Program-made: the position numbers and the translations under genes
From: Nitrososphaerales archaeon
Lineage (GTDB): Archaea > Thermoproteota > Nitrososphaeria > Nitrososphaerales > Gagatemarchaeaceae
Direction of reading: 5' to 3'
Assembly: GCA_035516335.1 (NCBI GenBank)
Contig: DATJAJ010000068.1
Coordinates: 20,157-84,156 of the forward strand
DNA: 64,000 nucleotides
Shown: in pieces, positions 1-8,785 of the stretch
Numbering within the stretch: position 1 is the stretch's first letter
Layout: every line of letters begins with the position of its first letter
Notes under the pieces: model-generated
The model's input: the letters and a program-made list of their open reading frames with translations, nothing else
Told to the model about the DNA's origin: nothing
The model's database searches: none

Positions 1-2
1 TT

Positions 3-470
3 ACCATCAGGGAGATGGAGAGGATGAAGAAGGAGCTCCCCGTCGACGTCCAGAGGAGCCTCGACAAGTGGGCGGCTGCCGGTGAATACGAGAACCCGGA
101 GTACCTGGAGGCGACGATGGTCTTCTACAAGAAGCACCTGTGCAGGCTCCCAAAGTGGCCCGCGGAGGTCAGCTATTCTATGGACCACATCAGCAAGCCG
201 GTCTACGGCACCATGAACGGGCCGAACGAGTTCACGATCATCGGGAACATCCGCTACTGGGACGTCACGAGCAGACTCTCCACGCTCCGCGTCCCCACCC
301 TGGTGCTGACGGGCAGGTACGACGAAGTCTCGCCCGTCGTTGGCAGGGACATCCACAGGCACGTCGCGGGCTCGGAGATGACGGTCTTCCCCAACAGCTC
401 CCACATGCCGTTCTGGGAGGAGCGGGAGGCGTTCATGCAGCGGGTTCTCAGGTTCCTCTCCAAGCACTGA
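3..470 (+). CDS. alpha/beta hydrolase, proline iminopeptidase-like (C-terminal part; 5' end outside window)
   Basis: Frame is open from the window edge to the stop at 468-470. The tail TLRVPTLVLTGRYDEVSP...VFPNSSHMPFWEEREAF resembles the C-terminal Asp/His region of prolyl aminopeptidase-type hydrolases (memory-based). Confidence 0.65.
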   Translation, partial: TIREMERMKKELPVDVQRSLDKWAAAGEYENPEYLEATMVFYKKHLCRLPKWPAEVSYSMDHISKPVYGTMNGPNEFTIIGNIRYWDVTSRLSTLRVPTLVLTGRYDEVSPVVGRDIHRHVAGSEMTVFPNSSHMPFWEEREAFMQRVLRFLSKH

Positions 471-516
471 GAAGAAAGGATATCACGGGCGGGTCCGGTG
501 GAGCAGGGCAGTCCGA

Positions 517-1188
517 TTGGTGCCCAGGCCCATCCGCGCTCTCAGGAAATACTATCTGCCGAGGCTCGTGAAGGCTTCCGCCCTCATAGAAGCCGAGCCC
601 CTCTGCTACCGATACTACCCACAGTACGTCTCCCAGGAGGACACGGTGGTGGAGGTCGGCGTCTATCTCGGAGGCAGCACCCGGCTCCTCTCCAAGCTCG
701 CCAGGCGGGTGTACTCGTTCGAGCCGCACCCCTTCAACTACAGGGTGGCGAAGGCGCTCATCTCGAAGGGAGGGGCCGCCAACGTGAAGCTCTACGACTT
801 CGCATTGGGGAGCACCGACGGGGAGACGAAGCTCAAAGTGAAGTCGTCGAGCGAGAGCAACATCGCGGCTTCGACGAAGGGCGTCTCCGGCGTGAAGTAC
901 GAGTCCGAGATCACGGTGCCCGTGCGGAGGCTGGACTCGGTCGGGATTTCGCCCGACGTGCTGATCCTCGACGCGGAGGGATCGGAGCTGGACGTGATGG
1001 ACGGGGGCAGGGAGTCGCTCAAAAGGCTGAAGGCGGCGATCGTCGAGACGCACCTCATCGAGTCGGGGCACACACTCCCGAGGGTGAAAGAGTGGGCGGA
1101 GTCCCGCTTCAGAGACGTGAGGGTCGTTGAGGTGCAGGGCGACATACCCTGGGTACTGGCGAAGGACCCCCTGAACGCTCTCGCCTAG
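517..1188 (+). CDS. FkbM-family SAM-dependent methyltransferase
   Basis: 223-aa ORF with TTG start. Motifs VVEVGVYLGGST, FALGSTDGETKL and VLILDAEGSELDVMDG are typical of FkbM/Methyltransf_21 proteins. Confidence 0.6.
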   Translation: MVPRPIRALRKYYLPRLVKASALIEAEPLCYRYYPQYVSQEDTVVEVGVYLGGSTRLLSKLARRVYSFEPHPFNYRVAKALISKGGAANVKLYDFALGSTDGETKLKVKSSSESNIAASTKGVSGVKYESEITVPVRRLDSVGISPDVLILDAEGSELDVMDGGRESLKRLKAAIVETHLIESGHTLPRVKEWAESRFRDVRVVEVQGDIPWVLAKDPLNALA

Positions 1189-1237
1189 CCAAGATCCGAT
1201 GACGGGTTTTTAGCCACCCCTTTCGACGGCAGGCAGA

Positions 1238-1783
1238 ATGAAGCGTCCCGGCCGGCTCCATTACAAGGCGAGCAGACCCCTGTTCGTGTCGGCTCTGGTC
1301 GCGCTGGCTCTGGCGGTGGTAAACTACTACCTCTTCTTCGACGTCCTGGCCCCCGGGCTGGGCAACTCGGGCAGCGTCAAGGCGAGCTTGGGCCCAGCGT
1401 TCGTGTTCCCCGTCCTGCTGTTGGCGGTCATTCAGGTCTCATACGCCGCGGGCGTCCTCCACCTGGTCACAAGGAGCTTCTATCCCGACAGGCACGACTT
1501 CCTGAAGGCGCTCTTCGTGGGCTCCGTGCTCGTCCTCATGTATTCGATCTACTACACCCTGGTCCCCAACTGGGGGCCCTACACGTTCCTCACGGGGCCT
1601 CTCCGCGACGTACCTGCGATCCAGTACGTCGTACTCGGCGTTTGGACCGCCGTCGTGATCGCCGCCACCGCCCTGCTGATTCGCCGCGTCTACGGGTTCA
1701 AGAAGGGAGACATCCGCTGGCGCGTCCTTCTGCTCCTGACGGGCGGGATATTCCTCATCGTGCTTGCCTTCGCCGAGGGCTGA
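1238..1783 (+). CDS. polytopic membrane protein, unknown function
   Basis: 181-aa ORF with about 5 hydrophobic helices and no recognisable motif. The antisense ORFs look compositionally spurious. Confidence 0.5.
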   Translation: MKRPGRLHYKASRPLFVSALVALALAVVNYYLFFDVLAPGLGNSGSVKASLGPAFVFPVLLLAVIQVSYAAGVLHLVTRSFYPDRHDFLKALFVGSVLVLMYSIYYTLVPNWGPYTFLTGPLRDVPAIQYVVLGVWTAVVIAATALLIRRVYGFKKGDIRWRVLLLLTGGIFLIVLAFAEG

Positions 1784-1911
1784 CGACACCTGGGGCCACG
1801 GTCATCGGCGGAAGGCAAGGGGAGGCCTCCGCCTTGTTGGGACAGACCTCGCCTTCGAAAAGTGGAAGGTATTTGTGGGGGCTCTGGACACTCATAGGCC
1901 TCGTGAGCTGA

Positions 1912-2169
1912 TTGGGACGCCTATTGGCCTTCGTGAACCTGTTCGTAGAGGCCCCTCTGATGGACCAGGTAATCGCAGAATTGAGCAAACTCCCGAGCAC
2001 GGAGGAGCTCTACGAGGTGACGGGGGAGTTCGACGTAACCTGTATCGTTTCGACCGCCGACATGGACGAGTTCAGGGACATCCTGGTCGACAAGATCATG
2101 AAGATCAAGGGGATAAAGAGCACCGTCACTTCCATCGTGCTCTACTCGAGCGTCAAGAAGAAGCGGTAG
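1912..2169 (+). CDS. stand-alone RAM domain protein (Lrp/AsnC ligand-binding domain only)
   Basis: 85 aa. LLAFVNLFVEA...ELYEVTGEFDVTCIVSTADMDEFRDILVDKIMKIKGIKSTVTSIVL fits the beta-alpha-beta-beta-alpha-beta RAM fold pattern. No HTH part is present. Confidence 0.65.
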   Translation: MGRLLAFVNLFVEAPLMDQVIAELSKLPSTEELYEVTGEFDVTCIVSTADMDEFRDILVDKIMKIKGIKSTVTSIVLYSSVKKKR

Positions 2170-2242
2170 AGTGAGGCGGGGGGCGCCGGCCGCCCAATCG
2201 CCAACCTCCAGAGGATTCCAGACCTTCATCGGAATGGCTTCG

Positions 2243-2797
2243 CTAGCCCGAGACGGAAGTTGCCTTGTCCGGTTGCTTGGACGAGAGTACGAACCTCCGC
2301 AGCGCACCGAAGATTCCCCCGCCGATGCCGCAGACCGCGACGCCGAATGGCCCGAAAACGAGGCCCACCACCGCACCGGTGAGAGTGCCGTAAGCAAACC
2401 CCCGCATCTCCTCAGCCGTTCGGTTCTCGAGCACGACGAGCGCCGTCAGGACGTAGTTGGTGGCGTAGAGCGCGACGTAAAGGGCGGTGAAAGCGTTGAT
2501 GATGACTAGGTCCAGATACCAAAGGTAGCCGGTGAAGAGGTTCCCCACGGTCAAAAGTACGAGCCACTGCCCCTTCAGACCTGACCTTCCGAAGCCGGTG
2601 GCCCAGAGCCCGACTATGAAGACAAGGGGGAACCAAACCACTCCGAAGACCCAGTACGGGATCCCTAGGAATGACGCATAGCCCGAGTAGGAGACCTTCG
2701 CGTAGTTTGTCGTAAACGCGCCCTCGAGCGAAGCGTGGTACACCGCCTCGATGATCCCTACGAAGGCCACCACCAGGAAAGGTACGGAGAGCTTCAT
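2243..2797 (-). CDS. polytopic membrane protein, unknown function
   Basis: 184 aa with 5-6 predicted helices. It is the last ORF of the same-strand Rieske/cyt b cluster. It has no CxxC, so I do not call it VKOR-like. Confidence 0.5.
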   Translation of the reverse strand: MKLSVPFLVVAFVGIIEAVYHASLEGAFTTNYAKVSYSGYASFLGIPYWVFGVVWFPLVFIVGLWATGFGRSGLKGQWLVLLTVGNLFTGYLWYLDLVIINAFTALYVALYATNYVLTALVVLENRTAEEMRGFAYGTLTGAVVGLVFGPFGVAVCGIGGGIFGALRRFVLSSKQPDKATSVSG

Positions 2798-2867
2798 CTT
2801 GACGGATCGCCAGCCCGGAGCTCCGCCGAAGCCGCCACCACTATGCCGGTAGGCAGCCCATCGCTCG

Positions 2868-3152
2868 TCAAGCTGCGAACCCCGCAGCCACGAGTAGCAG
2901 GACGAACAGGCAACCGGCTATCAGGGGAGCCCTGCCCACGCCGTCGCCGGTCTTTGCCCCCCTGTAGATGTATGAAATCATCGCAAAGCAAGCGAGGTCC
3001 ACGGCCAGGTAGATGCCGAAGACCGATTGACTGGTAGTCGCCGTGGGGCTGAGGGTCCACAGGGTGAAAACCGAGACCGCCGCCACAATCAGCAGCAGGG
3101 CCATGATCCTGAGGCTCACGGCATCCGTCCTTCCATCGCTCAAGCCTTCCAC
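2868..3152 (-). CDS. small membrane protein (3 helices)
   Basis: 94-aa hydrophobic ORF whose start overlaps the cytochrome b stop by 13 nt, which suggests translational coupling. Confidence 0.4.
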   Translation of the reverse strand: MEGLSDGRTDAVSLRIMALLLIVAAVSVFTLWTLSPTATTSQSVFGIYLAVDLACFAMISYIYRGAKTGDGVGRAPLIAGCLFVLLLVAAGFAA

Positions 3153-4696
3153 CCCACCTCCAGCGCCTTCACCCTTCGCTTGATCGAGCCCGAACCAAGG
3201 TCCAGTCTGTAGACCAGGTAGATGACGCCAAACACGGCCACCGAAAGCTCCGCGAGGGACAGCGCGGCGGGCAGCGCAAGAGAGAGGCTCGGTCCCTGTT
3301 CGAAGAGATCGACGGCGAGGCTTACGCAGTTGCTGATGCCGACTGTTCCGAGAACCAGGATGGCCACGAAGCTCCCCGCGGTCCAGAGAGTCGCCACGTC
3401 GAATGACCTGGTCGCGTAGGAATGCGCCGTCGGCCCTTGCCCTGGCGAAGACGGAGAGGCCTTCGGCAGGCCCCTGAAGATCAGCCTGTAGGCGACAACC
3501 GTGCCAAGGGCGACCAGCAGGGCAGTACCGCCTAACAGCACCACCGCCTGCTCAGTCGGTATCACCAGGCCCGGAGTGAGATAGCCCCAGATGGTCAGGA
3601 CCGCGACCTCCGCGACGAAGATCAGCCCGATGGCGACGTACTTCATCCGGCGTTCTATCCTGCGAGTTCTCCCCCTGTCGATGAAGGGCAGCACTATCAG
3701 CAGTATGAAAACGAGGGAGACGGCGGAGAGGGCCACCGGCAGCCCGGCCGTCTCGAAGGCGCCGATCTTGATGATCTGGTAGATCCACAGAAAGTACCAG
3801 TCGGGCTGCACCTTGAGGCCGGCCGCGGCGGCCGCGGAGTACTGGACGGGTAGCGTCAGCGGGAGGGCCAGGGAGAGCAGCAGCATGGCCGCGCCGAAGA
3901 GGCAGGCCAGCTCGAGCAGATAGAACGAAAGGTCTGGGAATATGGGTATGAGCCTGCGCTTCTGGGGGGGAAGAGGGTCCGGCCCCGCCACCGGCTCCGA
4001 AACGCCGTGCGTCTCGAGCATGTACATCTTGACGGCCAATAGGAGCAGGAGTATCGCCGGAAGGAGGACCACGTGGAGGTCGTAGAATCTCAGCAGCTCG
4101 CCCGCGTCGCCGCCCGCGCCTATCACGAGGAAGGTCAGAAACGACGACAGCGGCTGTGGGAGAGCAGCGATCATCCCCTTGCTGACGTTTGTGGCGGAGA
4201 CAGAGATGACGGTCCAGGGGAGCAGGTACCCCGTGAACCCGAAGCCGAGCGTAACGAAGCCCATGGCCATCCCGACGACCCACATGACCTCGCGCGGCTG
4301 CTTCTGCACTGAGACGAAGAATCCCCTCATCATGTGCATGAATGCCAGCATTATCATGGCGTAGGCGGTGTAGAGGTGAACCGTTTCGAGGAACGTGCCG
4401 AAGCTCACGCTCTGGAAGATGTAGAGGGTCGATGAGTATGCCTGGGTGGGAGTCGGGATGTAGTAGAGCATCATCATTACCCCTGTCACCCCCTGGATGA
4501 TGAACGCGACCACAGCCAGCGCGCCCAGCCAATAGAACGGGTTCACCGAGTACACGGGGGCGGGCCTCAGGACCTCGTGAGAGAGCCCCAGCCTGGAGTC
4601 GAACCAGCCAACGAGCCTGTCTACGGCGCCTCTGTCCCCGCCGCTCCCGCCGGGAGGGTCAGCCCCGGGTTCCTTGCCTGACTCGCCGTCGGCCAT
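3140..4696 (-). CDS. cytochrome b (fused b6-like plus subunit-IV-like, with extra C-terminal helices)
   Basis: Helix B has a His pair 14 residues apart (VHLYTAYAMIMLAFMH). RFYDLH in helix D and the Qo-site motif PDWY are present. 518 aa with a long hydrophobic C-terminal extension. Confidence 0.85.
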   Translation of the reverse strand: MADGESGKEPGADPPGGSGGDRGAVDRLVGWFDSRLGLSHEVLRPAPVYSVNPFYWLGALAVVAFIIQGVTGVMMMLYYIPTPTQAYSSTLYIFQSVSFGTFLETVHLYTAYAMIMLAFMHMMRGFFVSVQKQPREVMWVVGMAMGFVTLGFGFTGYLLPWTVISVSATNVSKGMIAALPQPLSSFLTFLVIGAGGDAGELLRFYDLHVVLLPAILLLLLAVKMYMLETHGVSEPVAGPDPLPPQKRRLIPIFPDLSFYLLELACLFGAAMLLLSLALPLTLPVQYSAAAAAGLKVQPDWYFLWIYQIIKIGAFETAGLPVALSAVSLVFILLIVLPFIDRGRTRRIERRMKYVAIGLIFVAEVAVLTIWGYLTPGLVIPTEQAVVLLGGTALLVALGTVVAYRLIFRGLPKASPSSPGQGPTAHSYATRSFDVATLWTAGSFVAILVLGTVGISNCVSLAVDLFEQGPSLSLALPAALSLAELSVAVFGVIYLVYRLDLGSGSIKRRVKALEVGWKA

Positions 4697-4726
4697 CCCT
4701 AGGACGCTCCCGTCAGTGTGCCCGGG

Positions 4727-5419
4727 TCAGCCAACGGGCGTCCCCCCTTGAAGGTCGTAAAGCACGTCGTTGGAGCCGGTATGGTAGCCGAATATGGTGG
4801 GGGGCCCCATGCCAACCGCGTATATGTTCCCTGTCGAAGAATCGAACTCGAGCGTCACCCGAGGCAAGGGCCTCGGGGACGGGCCCGACGTCACCTTCCC
4901 CGCCTTGGTCAGATCGTAGACTGTCCCGTGGCAGCAGCAGTAGGCCTCCGGGCCCGGCGCCTTGTAAGACGAGTCGCAGGCAGGCGACCCGCCCGCAGCG
5001 AGGGGGGCCACGTCGCAGCCCAGGTGCTGACAGACCTGGCTGTAGGCGACGATGTCGTTGTCTGGACCGACCCCGCCTTCGCTGGCGCTTCCCAGCTTCA
5101 CCAGTATGTTCGGCGTTTCCTCCAGCGGATAGTTGAAGAAGATCGCCTGCTCCTCCGTCACGCTGCTGACGTTGGCTACGAGGTACCTTGGGAAAGGAGA
5201 GGCGGACGTGGACGACGACGTCGTGGTGGTCGAAGTGCTCGCGGACGAGGAAACGGTGCTGACGGTGCCCGACCCGGACACGACGGTCTCGGTCTGAGTG
5301 GAAGTCACCGTCGTGGTCTGCGCGGGCGCGGGAGGCTGAGGCTCCGCGGGCTGGGGCGGGTTTGGAGGGGAGAACAAGGACCGCGCGACCGACGCGATTC
5401 CCAGGACGACCAGCACCAC
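4727..5419 (-). CDS. Rieske [2Fe-2S] protein (true start probably upstream of 5419, see finding)
   Basis: Rieske boxes CQHLGC and CCCHGTVYD, with a Ser/Thr-rich linker after an N-terminal hydrophobic segment. It lies directly upstream of cytochrome b. Confidence 0.85.
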   Translation of the reverse strand: MVLVVLGIASVARSLFSPPNPPQPAEPQPPAPAQTTTVTSTQTETVVSGSGTVSTVSSSASTSTTTTSSSTSASPFPRYLVANVSSVTEEQAIFFNYPLEETPNILVKLGSASEGGVGPDNDIVAYSQVCQHLGCDVAPLAAGGSPACDSSYKAPGPEAYCCCHGTVYDLTKAGKVTSGPSPRPLPRVTLEFDSSTGNIYAVGMGPPTIFGYHTGSNDVLYDLQGGTPVG

Positions 5420-5528
5420 GGCAAGGGAGAGACCCGCCTTCAGGAAGTTCCTCCTGCTGTCGTCCGCTCCTGGCGACTGATCCTCGCGCCTGGACTCGCC
5501 GCCACTCGGCGCCTCGTCCTTGTCCGAT

Positions 5529-7331
5529 TTAGCCAGACTGCACCACCTCTACTGCCAAAGGGCCGGGGACCGTGAAGCGCCTGAGACCACCGGCTGTTCT
5601 GGTCCGGAGGGACGCACTGCCGGCCGCGGCGGTCACCATGATCGGGGCTCCGAGAGCGGGCAGGATGGAGTCGCCGCTAAAAGACTTCTGTCCTGTGCCC
5701 GTAATCAGGAAGGTGAAGTGGAAAGCGGGCATCAGGGCCGGGTGGTCCACCGGGGTCAGCAGAGGGAAGTCGTACTCCACGGGGAGCTTGTTGGAGGGAG
5801 TGCTGTTTCCCCACCACACCGCGGGGTAGACGTCGATCGTGTGTAGCCCGGGGGCGCCTGAAACGGTCAGGTAGAAGGTGACGTTGCCCCCGCTGTTGAA
5901 ACCGCATCCGAAGCCGATGTACGAGTTGTCGTAGTCGAGGGCGGCTATGTTGGTGTTGAAGGTCCAGCCGACTCCGTACATGGTGATCGCGACGACCGTC
6001 CCAGCCGGGCCCTGCGTGGCGTTGATCGAAGCGGTCCTTTGGAGGAACAGAGTCCCGTTGGAGTCCTCAGTCAAGTTGCCGACGGATATGTAGTGCAGAC
6101 CGCCGAGGTCCGCGGGCACCTTCATGGTGAATGAGAACGACCCCGCGGAGCCCGTAGTGACGGTCCTCAGCGGCTCGGCAACCAAACCGTAGCCGAGCAG
6201 GTTGTTCCCCTTGCGCGTGGACCACGAGAGCGCCTCCTGTTGGTTTGCCGGGAAGCCCGCACCGTCGACCGTGACGTTCTGGCCAACGCTGGCGACATCG
6301 GGGGAGACCGAAATCCTGGGTCCTGCAGTCGCGTTGTTTTGAGGGGCCGTTATCAATGGCCTGTCGACCGTGGCCTGGGGTGCGAAGACGACGTTCGGCG
6401 ATGAGGACGTCGGCGCGAAAGCGAGATACCCCGCGATTCCGGCCACGACAATGGCAATCACGATCATGGCCGCGCTCAGGCCCTTCGCAAACGCCCTGCG
6501 CCTATCGGGGTCGACCCTGCCGAAGGAGACGGCGAGCCCTCCCGCGGCGAGCACCGCCGCCACGATCGCGAGCGACCCGATTACCGTGGACCCCGAAAGA
6601 CCGCTGCCGCCGCCCGACCCTCCCGAAGTGATGTTGAACTCTGACGTGAAGACTGGTGTCGGATAGGGACTCTGTTGAGGGTTGAGATAGCCTGGGCCGG
6701 GGTACGCCCCGTAGGCTTGGATGAGGTGGGTGCCCGGGGTCCCGGTGGCGTAGATCGTGAAGTTCGCGGTGCCCCTCGTCGAGATGGCGGTGTAGTATCC
6801 GACCATGTGGTTGTCCCAGTAGAGGAAGTAGCAGAATGTGTAGTCGCTCGTGCCCAACCCGTAGGTCGTGACCACGACCGGGGTTCCTGCAGGTCCGCTC
6901 GACTTCGAGATGGAGAACGAGGTGTTGAGCGTGAAGAACGCCTTCCCGGGAAGCGCGGTCCCATTCGTGGCGAACGCCTGAACCTTGTAGTAGCTGCCGT
7001 AGTCCTGAGGGAGGGTTACGCCGGTCGAGAAGGAACCCTGGCCGTCGGTTTCGACGGATGCGAGCGGCCTTTCCCAGGGAATCGCGCTAAGGCCCGTGAC
7101 CTGGGACGGGTTCCCCCCGTCAATGTAGCTGGCGTTTACGGTGTCCCACTTTATCACCAGTTTGGTGTTCGGAGGATAGCCTTGCCCGCTGACGGTTATC
7201 TTGCTCCCGACGTCGGCCGCCGACGGCGAGACGGAGATTGAGGATGCGCCCGCAGCGTGGGCCGTGCCCCCAATCTGGCAGACAAGCGTCAGAGCGAAAA
7301 GCGCTCCCACGACAAACGCGATGCGCTTCAT
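5529..7331 (-). CDS. membrane-anchored surface protein with internally duplicated ectodomain
   Basis: 600 aa. Signal-like N-terminus MKRIAFVVGALFALTLVCQIGG and two central TM helices flanking a basic loop (GRVDPDRRRAFAKG). The two halves are related (ISVSPSAADVGSKITVSGQGYP / ISVSPDVASVGQNVTVDGAGFP). Many N-x-S/T sequons. Confidence 0.6.
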   Translation of the reverse strand: MKRIAFVVGALFALTLVCQIGGTAHAAGASSISVSPSAADVGSKITVSGQGYPPNTKLVIKWDTVNASYIDGGNPSQVTGLSAIPWERPLASVETDGQGSFSTGVTLPQDYGSYYKVQAFATNGTALPGKAFFTLNTSFSISKSSGPAGTPVVVTTYGLGTSDYTFCYFLYWDNHMVGYYTAISTRGTANFTIYATGTPGTHLIQAYGAYPGPGYLNPQQSPYPTPVFTSEFNITSGGSGGGSGLSGSTVIGSLAIVAAVLAAGGLAVSFGRVDPDRRRAFAKGLSAAMIVIAIVVAGIAGYLAFAPTSSSPNVVFAPQATVDRPLITAPQNNATAGPRISVSPDVASVGQNVTVDGAGFPANQQEALSWSTRKGNNLLGYGLVAEPLRTVTTGSAGSFSFTMKVPADLGGLHYISVGNLTEDSNGTLFLQRTASINATQGPAGTVVAITMYGVGWTFNTNIAALDYDNSYIGFGCGFNSGGNVTFYLTVSGAPGLHTIDVYPAVWWGNSTPSNKLPVEYDFPLLTPVDHPALMPAFHFTFLITGTGQKSFSGDSILPALGAPIMVTAAAGSASLRTRTAGGLRRFTVPGPLAVEVVQSG

Positions 7332-7335
7332 TGGG

Positions 7336-8727
7336 CTATCTCGGGGGCCTTATGACAAGTCCTATGATCAGGCCCAGTATCAGTAGGATTGCGAGGGCCG
7401 CGTAGACGACTGTCGGGATCGACTGGACGCTCGAGACGACGGTCTGGGTCGTAGAGCTTAGGACAGTCGTGAGGGTTGTCGCCGTGGAGACGACGGTGCT
7501 CGACGACACCTGCGTTACGGTCTGAGTCTGCGTTACCGACCCTCCTGCGACCGCGGGGGCGATCTGCGCCATCGCGAAGCCTTCGTTGGCCGGGGAGGCG
7601 CCGTCCGTCGAGCTCACGACCAGCTCATAGGTGGCTCCGGCCGGCAAGGTCGGCAGGGAGGCGGACTGGAATTGGCCGGTCCACGTTCCGTTGTGTCCCG
7701 AATAGGTCAGCGGCACCGTCCCGAGCGAGGCGCCCTGGGTCTTGCCTCCGCCGAACGTCCCGGACGTCGAATTGTAGTAGCCCCACCCGAGCTCAGCCGT
7801 TACCGCCCCTCCGCGCGCCGGGCTCAGCGGTCCAACGAAGCCGGACACGGGCTCCGCGTTGGTGGGATAGGTTACCGTGGCCATGATCGTCATCCCTTCA
7901 CCGCTTGCAAGGCTGGTCAGGTTGTGGCCGGTCGCAGTGTCAACCAGCACGATGCTGGTGGAGAGCTGAGCGGGAGTGATCACGAACGGACTGCCCGTGT
8001 ACGTAAAGGTCCCGAAGTTGCCGTAGCCATCGCTCGCGTTGACCTCGGGGTTCCAGGAGCCGACGAACGTGTAGTTCCAGTTCGGGCTCACGGCGTTGTC
8101 AAACAGGCTCGAGTATGAATCCCATGGGGCGTTATCCACCTGCCCGCTGGGAGTCGTGAAGTTGATGGACGCGCCCTTGATCGAAGCGGTCAACGGGGCG
8201 TCGTTCGAGGCGTAGTGAGCGTAGAACCGCGGGATGAACTGCTCGCCCCTCGATATTCCCTGCACGAAGATGCAGGTGCCCGCCGTGACCATGTCCATGG
8301 TGATGATCAGCCTGTTCGTGGCGTAGAACGAGGTCGAGCCCACGACCTGACTCCCTTGCTCGACGAAGACGTTGTAGGTTCCGACCTGGTCGATCACCGA
8401 CTGAAAGCCAGTCGTGGCGTTCCCGTAGGTGACGTTCTGGGTCTGCCCTCCGGCGGTGAACGTGAGGTCCGCGCTCGATTCAGCGCCGCTCGGCTTCTGG
8501 ACCACCACGGTGTAGCTGCCACTGGCCGGGGCCGTGACGGCGACGGAGGTCGTCATGCCGAGGTTGACGTAACCTGGCGTCGCCCCTACGATCTGGGTCT
8601 GGGCGCTTGCTGTAAGTGTGACAAAAGGCGACAAAACGATCAGGGACAGGAGGACTACCAAAAACGACCTGATGACCGCCCTGCCGGCCGAGGCGGCCCG
8701 TGATTTTGCAAAATGGTCTGCATGCAT
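7336..8727 (-). CDS. surface glycoprotein-like protein with C-terminal TM anchor
   Basis: 463 aa with an N-terminal signal/anchor and many N-x-S/T sequons. A Thr/Ser/Val-rich stalk (TQTQTVTQVSSSTVVSTATTLTTVLSSTTQTVVSS) is followed by a TM helix and a basic tail. The stop lies 4 nt before the next ORF. Confidence 0.6.
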   Translation of the reverse strand: MHADHFAKSRAASAGRAVIRSFLVVLLSLIVLSPFVTLTASAQTQIVGATPGYVNLGMTTSVAVTAPASGSYTVVVQKPSGAESSADLTFTAGGQTQNVTYGNATTGFQSVIDQVGTYNVFVEQGSQVVGSTSFYATNRLIITMDMVTAGTCIFVQGISRGEQFIPRFYAHYASNDAPLTASIKGASINFTTPSGQVDNAPWDSYSSLFDNAVSPNWNYTFVGSWNPEVNASDGYGNFGTFTYTGSPFVITPAQLSTSIVLVDTATGHNLTSLASGEGMTIMATVTYPTNAEPVSGFVGPLSPARGGAVTAELGWGYYNSTSGTFGGGKTQGASLGTVPLTYSGHNGTWTGQFQSASLPTLPAGATYELVVSSTDGASPANEGFAMAQIAPAVAGGSVTQTQTVTQVSSSTVVSTATTLTTVLSSTTQTVVSSVQSIPTVVYAALAILLILGLIIGLVIRPPR

Positions 8728-8756
8728 ATGCGGGCAGTTGCACCCACTTGCCCACG

Positions 8757-8785
8757 ATTAATATGGCTTCCCCTAACACGTTAGG
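8757..8785 (-). promoter_or_regulatory. TATA-like box plus adjacent near-palindrome upstream of the 8727 start
   Basis: On the minus strand ATATTAAT (8757-8764) is centred about 33 nt upstream of the ATG at 8727. Immediately upstream lies CCTAAC-xx-GTTAGG (8772-8785), a 6+6 inverted repeat that could be a regulator site. Confidence 0.35.

Noticed and set aside
2243-2797. VKOR-like assignment for the 184-aa membrane protein
   Set aside because: The loop and helix pattern vaguely resembles VKOR, but the essential CxxC and loop cysteines are absent.
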